Shown here: one piece after another, positions 48,539-57,660 of the stretch | Position numbering within the stretch: the first letter of the stretch is position 1 | Layout: each line of letters begins with the position of its first letter | Virus record (IMG/VR): IMGVR_UViG_3300031993_000008 | Coordinates: 160,001 to 224,000 of that record | Reading direction: 5' to 3' (one strand) | From: a virus | Taxonomy: Duplodnaviria > Caudoviricetes | DNA length: 64,000 nt | Program-made: the position numbers and the translations under genes | The notes under the pieces: generated by a model | What the model was told of the DNA's origin: nothing | Seen by the model: the letters and a program-made list of their open reading frames with translations, nothing else | The model's database searches: none

Positions 48539-48868
48539 ATGTTTGGATTAAAAATAGTTAAGAGTCAGGATTATGCTGATTTGCAATATCAGCTTCAGCA
48601 GGCACTGGAAATCATCACAGAGGATAGTAAGAAGATTGATGACCTGAATGATACCATCAGAAAGCAAAATGAGTTGCTCAAGAAGTACAGGTCAGAATCC
48701 AAGAAGTCTTCAAAGACTACCAAGAGTGATGTAATTCTCCTCACTGATGTTGCAGAGACTCCATTGGTTGAAGAAACAAACTCAAATGGAAAACCAAAGA
48801 GGGTTATCAAGAAGACAGGTAATTCAAAACCTCATAGGAGAGTTATTCACAAGACTACAGAAAAGTAA
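48539..48868 (+). CDS. Hypothetical protein (coiled coil, basic tail)
   Basis: 109 aa ORF between a promoter motif and a terminator. Confidence 0.7.
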   Translation: MFGLKIVKSQDYADLQYQLQQALEIITEDSKKIDDLNDTIRKQNELLKKYRSESKKSSKTTKSDVILLTDVAETPLVEETNSNGKPKRVIKKTGNSKPHRRVIHKTTEK

Positions 48869-48871
48869 AAA

Positions 48872-48898
48872 GAAAGTCACCAAATTGGTGACTTTTTT
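48872..48898 (+). terminator. Intrinsic terminator
   Basis: AAAGTCACCAA-A-TTGGTGACTTT followed by a T-run. Confidence 0.75.
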
Positions 48899-48908
48899 GT
48901 TATATTTA
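48896..48908 (+). promoter_or_regulatory. TTTGTTATATTTA putative early/middle promoter
   Basis: Upstream of 48932. Confidence 0.7.
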
Positions 48909-48931
48909 TTATATATAAAACATTTATAGAT

Positions 48932-49630
48932 ATGAGAAAGTTTGTAGGTTATGTAAATGGGAAATCCTATACTGATGAAGAGGATTTCAACAAAGCCGCA
49001 CAGGAGGCTATCAAAAAGAATGAGGATAATCTTTCCATCACTTCATATTACAAGTACACAAGTGACAAGAAAGAAAACAATGAGGATGAAAAGAAGGAAC
49101 TGCCTAATTATGTTTCCATAAATGAGTGCTTCCTTGGAGAAAGAAAACCAGATCAGGTTTCAAAACTGAATCCTGAGGAGGTAGGTAATTCAGGTTACAC
49201 AAATGTTGTATATGAGGTATCACCAGAACTGGAGGCAAAACTGAAGACCGCAGTAAACAAGGACAACCTTAAGGAAAGTATTGAATACCATATCAATAAA
49301 CTTGTCAATAACATTCAGAAATATAGGAGTGATTTGAAGAATACTGAAGACAAGATTGAAGCACTCCAGAATAAATTGAGTGATCAGCAGGGATTGTTGT
49401 TGGACCAGGAAGGAAGGAGAAAGTATTACAACAATCTTATTGACATTCTTGAAAAATCAATTTCAGCTGAAAAGTCAGAAGATGAGCAGAAGATAGAATC
49501 CAAAGATGAGCAGAAGGTTGAGATTCCTGTCATATCTCCAAAGGTAAAAGAGGATATCAGGAAGCTTCTCAATATTGATGAGAATACAAGTCTCTTTGAC
49601 ATATTAAGACAAGTAGGAGTATTGAAGTGA
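48932..49630 (+). CDS. Hypothetical coiled-coil protein
   Basis: 232 aa ORF after a promoter motif. Confidence 0.7.
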   Translation: MRKFVGYVNGKSYTDEEDFNKAAQEAIKKNEDNLSITSYYKYTSDKKENNEDEKKELPNYVSINECFLGERKPDQVSKLNPEEVGNSGYTNVVYEVSPELEAKLKTAVNKDNLKESIEYHINKLVNNIQKYRSDLKNTEDKIEALQNKLSDQQGLLLDQEGRRKYYNNLIDILEKSISAEKSEDEQKIESKDEQKVEIPVISPKVKEDIRKLLNIDENTSLFDILRQVGVLK

Positions 49631-49631
49631 T

Positions 49632-50159
49632 ATGGTAATAAAAGGTATTGAAAGAGGAGATAAGGATCTAAGACATTTCACCTTTGATGATGGTGATTAT
49701 GTTGTTAGAGGAGGCAAGTATTACTATAAGGTCAATTATGGTAAGAATAAACTTGAAGGTGAATATGCTGAAGATGAGATATCCTTTGTTGAGTGTACCA
49801 GGGTAATTCCCCTTGGTGGAAAGAAACCCAAACCAATTCCTGAATTGGTTGCAAAGATGACACCGGAAGTACAAACTTCAACCCCTGAAGTTCCAGTCCA
49901 GGAGCCGAAGAAAAGGGGAAGAAAGGCAAAGGTTGAAAGTTCTGGTGATATTGGACCTGAAGCAGGTGTTTATCTCCAGGTTACACCAGGCATATTTGAG
50001 TACACAGTAAACCAGTTCAATTTCAATGATATTGAAAAGTTACAGTCCAAATTGAATGAGATGGGTGAACAGGGATGGGAAATGTGTGGATTTAGTCCTT
50101 ACAGACCATTGTTTGGCGATACGCATATAGTCGCAGTATTCAAAAGAAAAAGAGGTTGA
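49632..50159 (+). CDS. Hypothetical protein with a C-terminal DUF4177-like domain
   Basis: FEYTV...LQSKLNEMGEQGWEMCG...VFKRK. Confidence 0.6.
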   Translation: MVIKGIERGDKDLRHFTFDDGDYVVRGGKYYYKVNYGKNKLEGEYAEDEISFVECTRVIPLGGKKPKPIPELVAKMTPEVQTSTPEVPVQEPKKRGRKAKVESSGDIGPEAGVYLQVTPGIFEYTVNQFNFNDIEKLQSKLNEMGEQGWEMCGFSPYRPLFGDTHIVAVFKRKRG

Positions 50160-50177
50160 GAAATCAACCTCTTTTTT
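50147..50177. terminator. Bidirectional terminator
   Basis: AAAAGAGGTTGA-GAAA-TCAACCTCTTTT. Confidence 0.85.
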
Positions 50178-50178
50178 A

Positions 50179-50616
50179 TTAGTAACCTCTTTTCCTTAAG
50201 TTCTCAATATATGCTTTCCTGTTCACACCACCATTCTTGTCTGCTGACTTTTCCCAGGGTTGGTTGTAATACCATTCGCAGGAATCACTGTATTTCCAAT
50301 TACTGTGGAATATCCTGTCATATATATTACCGAGAAGACTTGGAAGACCTATAACAATAAGATATAGAGGTCCCAGTCTTCTGGAGTCAACAGAATGACC
50401 ATATTCATGACACATTGTCTCACCCCAGTCTTCCTTCTTTATGATGATGTAGTTTCCAAGACTGATTCCGGAAACCATCTCATCTGTATAATAGAATGTC
50501 CTACCATTTAATTTGTGGTATGCCTTATCCTTTTTGTAGAAAAGAAGCAACATCAATCCAAGAATGTTCTGTGGGAGTTGCCAAATATAGAGAAGAATTT
50601 CTGTAAATGTTTTCAT
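50179..50616 (-). CDS. Small membrane-associated zincin-like (HExGH) protein
   Basis: WQLPQNILG, GISLG, HEYGH, LGPLYL.VIGLPS and WEKSAD. Confidence 0.7.
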   Translation of the reverse strand: MKTFTEILLYIWQLPQNILGLMLLLFYKKDKAYHKLNGRTFYYTDEMVSGISLGNYIIIKKEDWGETMCHEYGHSVDSRRLGPLYLIVIGLPSLLGNIYDRIFHSNWKYSDSCEWYYNQPWEKSADKNGGVNRKAYIENLRKRGY

Positions 50617-50639
50617 ATTGTATACTGTTAGGTATTAGA

Positions 50640-50647
50640 TATTTATG
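50640..50647 (-). promoter_or_regulatory. CATAAATA putative late promoter
   Basis: Upstream of 50616. Confidence 0.65.
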
Positions 50648-50660
50648 AAAAAAGCGGGGA

Positions 50661-51080
50661 TTACTCATCCTCGCTTTCTCCATTATCTTCCTCATTATCA
50701 CCATCATCTGTTTCTGTCTGGAATAACTTGTCTATGTTTTTCTTGACATCATCAACAATAGTCCTCATTTCATTTTGGTATTCTTCAATGGTTGTCATAT
50801 CACCGGTAATATTGGGTATGTAACTTTTATCAGTCTGTATCCATTCCATAAGACTGATGTCATTTTCCTTTTTTGACTTTATCCATTGATCATACACATC
50901 ATTGGGAAAATCACTGATAATATCAAATATGACATCATTGATGCTTATGACATCACCATTCTCAAAAACAATGTCTGACATATAATCATCAGACGGAACA
51001 GGTGATGAGTATTTGACTTTTATCTTTCCAGAAAGGTTATGCTTTCTGAAGAATGTTTCCAGATATTCTATATTTTTCAT
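50661..51080 (-). CDS. Hypothetical protein
   Basis: 139 aa ORF directly after a promoter motif. Confidence 0.7.
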   Translation of the reverse strand: MKNIEYLETFFRKHNLSGKIKVKYSSPVPSDDYMSDIVFENGDVISINDVIFDIISDFPNDVYDQWIKSKKENDISLMEWIQTDKSYIPNITGDMTTIEEYQNEMRTIVDDVKKNIDKLFQTETDDGDNEEDNGESEDE

Positions 51081-51084
51081 ACAT

Positions 51085-51097
51085 TAAATATAACAAA
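51085..51097 (-). promoter_or_regulatory. TTTGTTATATTTA putative early/middle promoter
   Basis: Upstream of 51080. Confidence 0.7.
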
Positions 51098-51121
51098 AAG
51101 GGAAGGATTTCTCCTTCCCTT
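51095..51121 (-). terminator. Intrinsic terminator
   Basis: AAGGGAAGGA-GAAA-TCCTTCCCTT followed by a T-run on the - strand. Confidence 0.8.
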
Positions 51122-51220
51122 GTTTTTACCACTTTTTTGCCCTCTGTGAGACTTTATGGTATTTGGATGACCAAGTTATCACATTTGGAATAAAAGTGTC
51201 TTATATGTCATCTTTTGGGG

Positions 51221-52795
51221 TTATGACTCAAGTGCATTCCCAATTACCTGGTATCTTTCACTATCAAGTACTGACTTCAGTGCAGTCCAGGGATCTGTCT
51301 CTCCAGAGAGGATCATCTTGACATTGTTCACAGAGAATCCTGAAACAAGGATGACTCCTGCCTCATTAGAGGTTACAGGGATTGTCTGTGTCCTGGAGTT
51401 GACATTCCAGAATACAATGTTAGGCATTGTGTAACCGGCATCAGTCCACCTCTGCTTGATTGTCTCAAAGAGAGACTTGTACTTATCCATTATCTCGGTA
51501 TGAGAAGTCCTATACCCGGCATATTCACAAGCCCCATCAAACTCCATATCAGAGACAATGAGGATTCTCTGAGGAACCTCAGACTGTGGTATGTTGTTTG
51601 TAATTGCTGTCTCCAGGAGAAGGTCAAACACAAGCTGAAGATTGGTGTTTGAACAATCATCAAACTTGTTCATCTTGTTGTACTTCTCAACAAGAGAGTG
51701 GCAGTCAGACAGGTCAATGTACCTTGGAGATGCTGAGAACTCAACAACCTTATCCTTATACTCACCTGTATTCCTCTCAGAGAAGAATATAGAGAGTGAC
51801 CTTGACACATCAATGGCCATTATATTGTTGGTACCCTTGATGTAAGACTCCATAGAGCCGGAACCATCACATACCACCATAGTGTTACCGGTAGTAGGAA
51901 TGTCCTTAAGGTTTGCCCACAGAGCCTCAATACCCTGGTCAAATTCAGCAGTATAATGACGGAGGTTATATGGACGACCATTATTATACTTTGCATATAC
52001 CTCATGAGGATAGAGGTTGGAAGCATGCATCACTGCACCTGTCTTTTCAGGTGAGTTGAGAGCATCCAGGTATGCCTTTCTTCTCTCTGGGTCATGCTTC
52101 ATAAATGCCTTGACATAACGGGCATTGGCATTAGATGAGACCTTGTTGTAGTCAATCTCATTCCACCTGTCAGAACAGGTCTTAATCTCTGTCACATCAA
52201 TGTAACTGCGGAGAGCAGAAAGCATCTTACGATACTCCATACTGCACAGTTCCATCTTACGGGCAATGAAGAGAGCAGTCCTTCTGGCCTTCTTTGAGGC
52301 ATTGATTGAAGGTAACCACTTTGCAAGAAGTGATATTTTCTTTTCCTCCTTCATATTGATGAGGTCCTCCTTTATCTGCTCACTGATAAGAGTACAGATG
52401 CTTTCGGCCAAGTAATTACCCTCACCTGTATAGGAGAGAATGTCAATGAGATCCTTCCAACGGCCAAACTCCGGGATGAGAGGAATGAGTTTCAGAGCAG
52501 CATCAATGTTATATGCACTGAATGCCAAGAACAGGGTTACAAAGGAGTCTCTCTCACCGAGTCCCTCACGGACATCACGGAGATAGAACAACCACTTTGC
52601 AGCGGTCACCATATCATCCTGCAAGGCACTTACAAATGAATGTACATCCTCACCCTTCACATTGTTGTGATTGGAAGGGATACGGAAGTTGAGGTCAACC
52701 AAGGGATTACCTGAAGTTGAATAACCTACTGCGCCATTCTCTGTTCTCTGAATTGAATTGACCATATCAAGGGTCTTCTGATACTCATTCATCAT
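51221..52795 (-). CDS. DUF2828 (TROVE/Ro-like + vWA) protein
   Basis: TENGA...S.NPLVDL, LFYLRDVREGLGER, EFGRWKDL, AKWLPS, CDGSGSM (MIDAS), SDMEFD, IVFWNV and LVSGFS. Confidence 0.9.
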   Translation of the reverse strand: MMNEYQKTLDMVNSIQRTENGAVGYSTSGNPLVDLNFRIPSNHNNVKGEDVHSFVSALQDDMVTAAKWLFYLRDVREGLGERDSFVTLFLAFSAYNIDAALKLIPLIPEFGRWKDLIDILSYTGEGNYLAESICTLISEQIKEDLINMKEEKKISLLAKWLPSINASKKARRTALFIARKMELCSMEYRKMLSALRSYIDVTEIKTCSDRWNEIDYNKVSSNANARYVKAFMKHDPERRKAYLDALNSPEKTGAVMHASNLYPHEVYAKYNNGRPYNLRHYTAEFDQGIEALWANLKDIPTTGNTMVVCDGSGSMESYIKGTNNIMAIDVSRSLSIFFSERNTGEYKDKVVEFSASPRYIDLSDCHSLVEKYNKMNKFDDCSNTNLQLVFDLLLETAITNNIPQSEVPQRILIVSDMEFDGACEYAGYRTSHTEIMDKYKSLFETIKQRWTDAGYTMPNIVFWNVNSRTQTIPVTSNEAGVILVSGFSVNNVKMILSGETDPWTALKSVLDSERYQVIGNALES

Positions 52796-52823
52796 ATGTG
52801 TGTTGTTTTAAGGTTTAACTATA

Positions 52824-52836
52824 CAAATATAACAAA
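52824..52836 (-). promoter_or_regulatory. TTTGTTATATTTG, Bacteroidota host-type (-7 TAnnTTTG) promoter
   Basis: Upstream of the DUF2828 gene. Exact TAnnTTTG match. Confidence 0.65.
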
Positions 52837-52859
52837 TTATTCCGGATTTTCCAATTTTT

Positions 52860-53315
52860 TCACTCAATATTTTTCATTTCCCTGTCCAAATCCCTCTCCT
52901 TTATGGTCTGGGACTTGTCATAAGTGTGTTTACCTTTCGCAATCGCAATCGTAAGTTTCACATAACCAGACTCATTGATGAACATATTGACAGGGACAAT
53001 GGTGATACCCTTTGTCTTTACTTCATTCTGGAGTTTGTTGAGTTCTCTCCTTTTGAGAAGGAGTTTCCTGTCTCTCTTGGGGTCATAGTTCTGGTAAGCA
53101 AACCCGGAGTTCTTATAGGGGGAGATGTGTAAGTTCTTGATATACAGTTCATTATTATCAAATGAACAATAAGAGTCAGACATATTCACCTTACTCTCCC
53201 TGATGGATTTTATCTCACAACCCTTCAAGACAATACCTGCAACATACTTATCCAGGAGGAAGTAGTTGAAGTTTGCCTTTCGGTTGTCAATGAATATGTC
53301 CGGTTTCTTTTCCAT
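52860..53315 (-). CDS. smpB: SsrA-binding protein SmpB
   Basis: NRKANFNY, AGIVLKGCEIKSIR, HISPY, RDRKLLL, GITIVP and AKGKHTYDK. Confidence 0.95.
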   Translation of the reverse strand: MEKKPDIFIDNRKANFNYFLLDKYVAGIVLKGCEIKSIRESKVNMSDSYCSFDNNELYIKNLHISPYKNSGFAYQNYDPKRDRKLLLKRRELNKLQNEVKTKGITIVPVNMFINESGYVKLTIAIAKGKHTYDKSQTIKERDLDREMKNIE

Positions 53316-53334
53316 TTTATAATCTGTTTATGAA

Positions 53335-53619
53335 TTAACTACACCATCCACAAGTACCGACATACAAGATGTCTTCCAGGAGATCACATATCTCCAGATA
53401 GTCATCAAAGTCTATGCCATACTCTTCCAGTACTGATGGTTTCTCGGTTCTGTCTGCCTCAAACTTATGACACCCGCAACCATAGTCAGGTGCATGTTCT
53501 ATATCATCATCAAAACCTCTTCCAAAATCACTCTTGTCTGCATCCTTACCATTTATTGTGAATACACATAACTCACAAGGTAATGCATCATATGGTTCTG
53601 CTATAACTTTTGCTTTCAT
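53335..53619 (-). CDS. Hypothetical Cys-containing protein
   Basis: 94 aa. YGCGC and a C-terminal CGWC. Confidence 0.7.
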   Translation of the reverse strand: MKAKVIAEPYDALPCELCVFTINGKDADKSDFGRGFDDDIEHAPDYGCGCHKFEADRTEKPSVLEEYGIDFDDYLEICDLLEDILYVGTCGWCS

Positions 53620-53626
53620 TTTATGT

Positions 53627-53878
53627 TTATTTTTTCATAAAGTTTTTAAAACCATCAATGAACTCTTCCTTCTTGACAAATCCACCACATACACCATATT
53701 CATTGTCACCATCATAGTGATCATATATATTGTTTTCAATATATTCTAATGCCTTCTCAATAAAGGCATCAGTACGGATGTATTCAATAAAAGAAATGTC
53801 ACCCTTACCAATTAACCATGTTCTATTTTCGATATTTGGGTTTATGTAAATCTTCTCTGGTGCTTCGTTTTCTTTCAT
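53627..53878 (-). CDS. Hypothetical protein
   Basis: APEKIY...IEYIRTDAFIEKA...FI.GFKNFM small phage protein, tightly packed. Confidence 0.7.
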   Translation of the reverse strand: MKENEAPEKIYINPNIENRTWLIGKGDISFIEYIRTDAFIEKALEYIENNIYDHYDGDNEYGVCGGFVKKEEFIDGFKNFMKK

Positions 53879-53881
53879 AAA

Positions 53882-54175
53882 TCAATCTTCAAAATATATA
53901 GGTTCAACAGATACAATGCCACTACATTTCTCCAAATGTGTTTCATCTTTCCATGCCTTTATGTAAAAACATATTTGGTCACCTGACCTTGTTCTTATTA
54001 AATTCTCGGGTTCAATTTGTAATGATGGGTCTTGTAAATTACACCAAGATACTATATCACCCAACACTGATTCCATTCTATTTTTTGCCTTTTCTTCTGA
54101 ATGATAATAAAATGGTCCCCAGGTAAGCATATGTTCATCGGGAAAGACTATATTTCCTTCTATCTTATAATCCAT
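53882..54175 (-). CDS. Hypothetical protein
   Basis: Start moved to MDYKIEG (54175), just after the upstream stop. Confidence 0.65.
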   Translation of the reverse strand: MDYKIEGNIVFPDEHMLTWGPFYYHSEEKAKNRMESVLGDIVSWCNLQDPSLQIEPENLIRTRSGDQICFYIKAWKDETHLEKCSGIVSVEPIYFED

Positions 54176-54182
54176 ATATTTT

Positions 54183-54818
54183 TTATTCCTTACAATTATA
54201 ATACAGCAAGGTGGGGTTGTTATCGTGCACATCAATTTGCTTGTTGTACAACTGTGAGAACTTCTGCTTGTTGAAAGGTCTGGTGATGAGGTGATAACCA
54301 TGAAGGGTGGGAATGGTTGCAACAATCTTATCCACACCGAAAGGTTCACACTGGTCAATCACACTCTTGAGAACATCCAGTTCAGAAGTCTCCTTGGTGT
54401 CGACATCAACAACCCAGGTCTTATTCTTGTCACAGGCACCGGTCTGACCACAGGCAGAATCAATGATGGTCTTTACACCTCTCCACTCATCAGGATTACC
54501 CTCTGCCCTCTCAATGATTCCAGCCAGAATACTGAGAGTCTTCAAGGAGATCTGTCTCCATGACTTTCTGTTGAGGTTGATGTATGCCCTGGCATTGAAC
54601 AACTCACACAAATCTCTAATCTCCGGCATCTTGTATTCAAGATATTCCGGTGAAGAGATGTAGTAGGTCTTCACAGTCTGCTGTGAGATCTTCTTATCAT
54701 CCGGTTCATAAGGAGTCTTACCATCCTTTGCCCTGTGGATAATCTGGAGCATATAAAACTCATCCTTGCCACAACCGGCAATGATATTCTTAATCAGTTC
54801 TGTGTTATCTATAATCAT
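54183..54818 (-). CDS. Small AEP (primase-polymerase)-like protein
   Basis: NARAYINLN, WVVDVD (DxD), PTLHGYHLIT and DVH motifs. ATGA overlap at the start. Confidence 0.5.
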   Translation of the reverse strand: MIIDNTELIKNIIAGCGKDEFYMLQIIHRAKDGKTPYEPDDKKISQQTVKTYYISSPEYLEYKMPEIRDLCELFNARAYINLNRKSWRQISLKTLSILAGIIERAEGNPDEWRGVKTIIDSACGQTGACDKNKTWVVDVDTKETSELDVLKSVIDQCEPFGVDKIVATIPTLHGYHLITRPFNKQKFSQLYNKQIDVHDNNPTLLYYNCKE

Positions 54819-55078
54819 AATTCCTTTTTGTATAAAATTTCCCAATCTGTTACTCTCTCATTCCACATATCCTCATAGTCATAGTACATATAACCATTAA
54901 TTGTGAATAAGTCACCATTGGTACATTTGTGTCTCTCAATAAGAAGAAATCTCTTCTTCTCCATAGGGATGTCCTCGTGCCTTACTGAACTATATTCTGT
55001 ATGTTTATATGTGACAAGACAGACCATACATCCACCCTCCTTTGGGGTTTCTTTATCTAAAAATTCTCTGTATGTCAT
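54815..55078 (-). CDS. Hypothetical protein
   Basis: MTYREF start with ATGA overlaps on both sides. Confidence 0.65.
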   Translation of the reverse strand: MTYREFLDKETPKEGGCMVCLVTYKHTEYSSVRHEDIPMEKKRFLLIERHKCTNGDLFTINGYMYYDYEDMWNERVTDWEILYKKEL

Positions 55079-56004
55079 TTTCCTACCATATAATACTTCC
55101 ACTTACTTGGAGTCATTTTTCTATATTCTACAACTGTACCATTTGGAAGTCTGGTTACAGGTGTAAATATGTCAATACTCTTCAACCATCTTACATATTC
55201 ATCAATGTTTATGTCATTGATTCTCTCATTTACCTCAACCTCTGCACAGTTGTATTCCGGATAAATGGATGGAGTAATTACACCAGGATGATAGAATCTT
55301 GACATATCATATTCCACCTTATGGATTATATTATTCATATCTTCCTTTGTTGGTTTCTTCCCATACTCTCTCCTGAACTTTTTTCTTTCATAATCAATAT
55401 TCTTGAGTCTGTCTTCCTGATATTGTTTTGGAAATTCCACATCATAATATTGATGTTCCATTTCCTTGAAATCAGAATCATTATTAGGCATACTGTAACC
55501 AAGTATGTGTAGAAGTCCACCAATTGAAATATCAGTTGTATTCAGTTCAGTTGTCAGAACTTTTGAATAACAATTTGTAGGATACTTCTCATATGGGTTG
55601 AATTTATGAAGAAAATCACAACTAAGTTTGGCATTCTTATGGGTTATGATGTCAAGATATATATCAAAGATACGTTTCATACCAAGTGCCCAATACTGTT
55701 GTTCCTTGGATTCATTTGATGAAAAATCCTTGTCAAAGTATTTCCTTCCATCTTTTGTGATGGTATATCTCTTGAAGTCTTCAGTAAGGGGTGCTTCATA
55801 GTCTCCCTCACCATAACCTATACACTCACATTTGGCAATAGCGGTTGATCTTCCACCAAGAAGGGCATTATACATATTAACCACATCCTTTTTTGAGAAG
55901 CATGCATCCATAATAATATCCTTATGGATGTTGCAGTCCATCGGACTATCATAATCACTGAATCCGGAATATGCATCAATGTGCCATACTTTAAACTTTT
56001 TCAT
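55075..56004 (-). CDS. Hypothetical protein
   Basis: 309 aa ORF after a TATATTTG promoter. Confidence 0.7.
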   Translation of the reverse strand: MKKFKVWHIDAYSGFSDYDSPMDCNIHKDIIMDACFSKKDVVNMYNALLGGRSTAIAKCECIGYGEGDYEAPLTEDFKRYTITKDGRKYFDKDFSSNESKEQQYWALGMKRIFDIYLDIITHKNAKLSCDFLHKFNPYEKYPTNCYSKVLTTELNTTDISIGGLLHILGYSMPNNDSDFKEMEHQYYDVEFPKQYQEDRLKNIDYERKKFRREYGKKPTKEDMNNIIHKVEYDMSRFYHPGVITPSIYPEYNCAEVEVNERINDINIDEYVRWLKSIDIFTPVTRLPNGTVVEYRKMTPSKWKYYMVGK

Positions 56005-56023
56005 ATCTTGTCGATTTACACTA

Positions 56024-56055
56024 CAAATATAATGGATTTTTTTAACAAAACCAAA
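56024..56055 (-). promoter_or_regulatory. Bacteroidota host-type promoter (TTTG ... TATATTTG)
   Basis: Upstream of 56004. Confidence 0.6.
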
Positions 56056-56091
56056 AAAGGCAGGTATTTTTTGTAAAGTTACCCGCCTTTT
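56053..56091 (-). terminator. Intrinsic terminator
   Basis: AAAAGGCGGGTA...TACCTGCCTTTTTT on the - strand. Confidence 0.7.
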
Positions 56092-56231
56092 CCATATTTT
56101 TCTCTGTATTCTTTCAGTTCAATCAACCAGTCCCTCAACTGTATGTGTTCATTCATACACCCAATCTTGTTACAGGACTTCTGTTCTGAAATCACATCAT
56201 CACAATGTGAAATTGCTTCATCAAGAGTCAT
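56079..56231 (-). CDS. Small hypothetical protein (50 aa, not in the ORF track)
   Basis: MTLDEAISHCDDVISEQKSCNKIGCMNEHIQLRDWLIELKEYREKYGKGG. Confidence 0.75.
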   Translation of the reverse strand: MTLDEAISHCDDVISEQKSCNKIGCMNEHIQLRDWLIELKEYREKYGKGG

Positions 56232-56237
56232 AACCAA

Positions 56238-56543
56238 TCAGTCATAAAAATGTTTTATTGCTTCTTCCCTGAGATTATCATATATCTGATATATTGCAGC
56301 TCTTGCTTCAGGGTCATCCTCCTTATGATACTGACAATAGACAAATGTACCAATCTTCTTAAAACTCAATCTATAATCATCTGGTGCCTCATAGAATCTC
56401 TTCCATCCCTGGTAATATGGACAACCCTTACAGAAAACTCCTATTGTAGTATTGCTTTCAGGATTGACATCACAGTCTCCCCATACCTTTTTGAGAACGA
56501 AATCTCTTTTTATTTCTCCGGATGTATAATCATAACTTAACAT
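56238..56543 (-). CDS. Hypothetical protein with CxxC
   Basis: 101 aa. CKGCPY. Confidence 0.65.
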   Translation of the reverse strand: MLSYDYTSGEIKRDFVLKKVWGDCDVNPESNTTIGVFCKGCPYYQGWKRFYEAPDDYRLSFKKIGTFVYCQYHKEDDPEARAAIYQIYDNLREEAIKHFYD

Positions 56544-56546
56544 AGA

Positions 56547-56681
56547 TCAATATTTATAAAGATTAACATCATCTATTTCTAAATCATACCTATGAACTGC
56601 ATCCATCAATAAATCATATGGATAACTGCAATCATAATTATCAGGAACATTTATCCTTACTTTGAGTTCAACACACTTCAT
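56547..56681 (-). CDS. Small hypothetical protein (44 aa, not in the ORF track)
   Basis: MKCVELKVRINVPDNYDCSYPYDLLMDAVHRYDLEIDDVNLYKY fills the gap between its neighbours exactly. Confidence 0.6.
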   Translation of the reverse strand: MKCVELKVRINVPDNYDCSYPYDLLMDAVHRYDLEIDDVNLYKY

Positions 56682-56682
56682 A

Positions 56683-57321
56683 TCACATGCACTCTACATA
56701 TTCCTCATATATTCCGTCAGTGTGGTTCATCAGTCCCATATATCCGTCTGATGAACATACCCACTTACCATACTTACAACTTTCACAGAGACAATCCAGA
56801 CCGAAAGTGAACATATTCCAGTCATTGGGGATGTTCTTTCCATGACTCTCAATGAATGTGGAGACAATCTCAAAGAGGGCATCTCTGCACTTCTCAAACT
56901 TTTTGAGTTTCTTTTCGTCTTCCTCCTTGACTATTTCAGGATATTTTCCTTCAGGTTGGGTTATGGACATCTCAAAGAAGGGGAAATAGACATTCTCACC
57001 ATTCTCCACACCTCTCCTGAGTCTGAAATCAAAAGACCACAGGTCTTTCCAATCGACATTTTCAACACACCAGTCAACCAGAGCCTGGCCAAGCATTGAG
57101 AACAATATACCCCATTCACTGTTCAGGACATTTGTTCCGTTCTTGAACAATGAGGAATCATTCTTCTCATCAATTGTGAGAAACTTGACAGTCTCAATAT
57201 AGTCACCCTTTGGTTCAAGATCATCTTGACTTCCTCTTTTCCACCATTCACTCTTCTGTCTTGATTTCCATTCAAGGTGTTCCCTCATTCCGAAATCATA
57301 GTATTCCTTGTATGTTTTCAT
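56683..57321 (-). CDS. Hypothetical protein
   Basis: 212 aa ORF with a 1-nt stop/start overlap. Confidence 0.7.
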   Translation of the reverse strand: MKTYKEYYDFGMREHLEWKSRQKSEWWKRGSQDDLEPKGDYIETVKFLTIDEKNDSSLFKNGTNVLNSEWGILFSMLGQALVDWCVENVDWKDLWSFDFRLRRGVENGENVYFPFFEMSITQPEGKYPEIVKEEDEKKLKKFEKCRDALFEIVSTFIESHGKNIPNDWNMFTFGLDCLCESCKYGKWVCSSDGYMGLMNHTDGIYEEYVECM

Positions 57322-57599
57322 TATCTTCTATAATTTATTGAATCATAATTCTGGATTTTGAACATAAACTGCCTAATCTCATCGTCTGTCGCAAGTCGCA
57401 CATCACCACCCCAACAGAAATTGCCTCTACCAGTACTGTGTACCAGTTTTCCATCTTCCCAACCAATCAGCATTCCATAACCATCACCATCTATGTGACC
57501 ATCATAGATAAACACCCTCTGATCTTCCGGGTTATACTTTGCAGATTCTTCACTTGAGGGGATTCCATAAAGAAATGAACCCATTTTAATATTCTCCAT
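57321..57599 (-). CDS. Hypothetical protein
   Basis: Probable start MENIKMG. VRLATDDE motif. Confidence 0.65.
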   Translation of the reverse strand: MENIKMGSFLYGIPSSEESAKYNPEDQRVFIYDGHIDGDGYGMLIGWEDGKLVHSTGRGNFCWGGDVRLATDDEIRQFMFKIQNYDSINYRR

Positions 57600-57660
57600 A
57601 TTCTTGTTTATTATCATAATCAATTTATTTAATATATTTCACAACATTAATGTTGACAAA

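Noticed and set aside
51081-53334. tmRNA or tRNA next to smpB
   Set aside because: Intergenic gaps are at most ~140 nt, with no GGGG..acceptor stem, T-loop or CCA signature.
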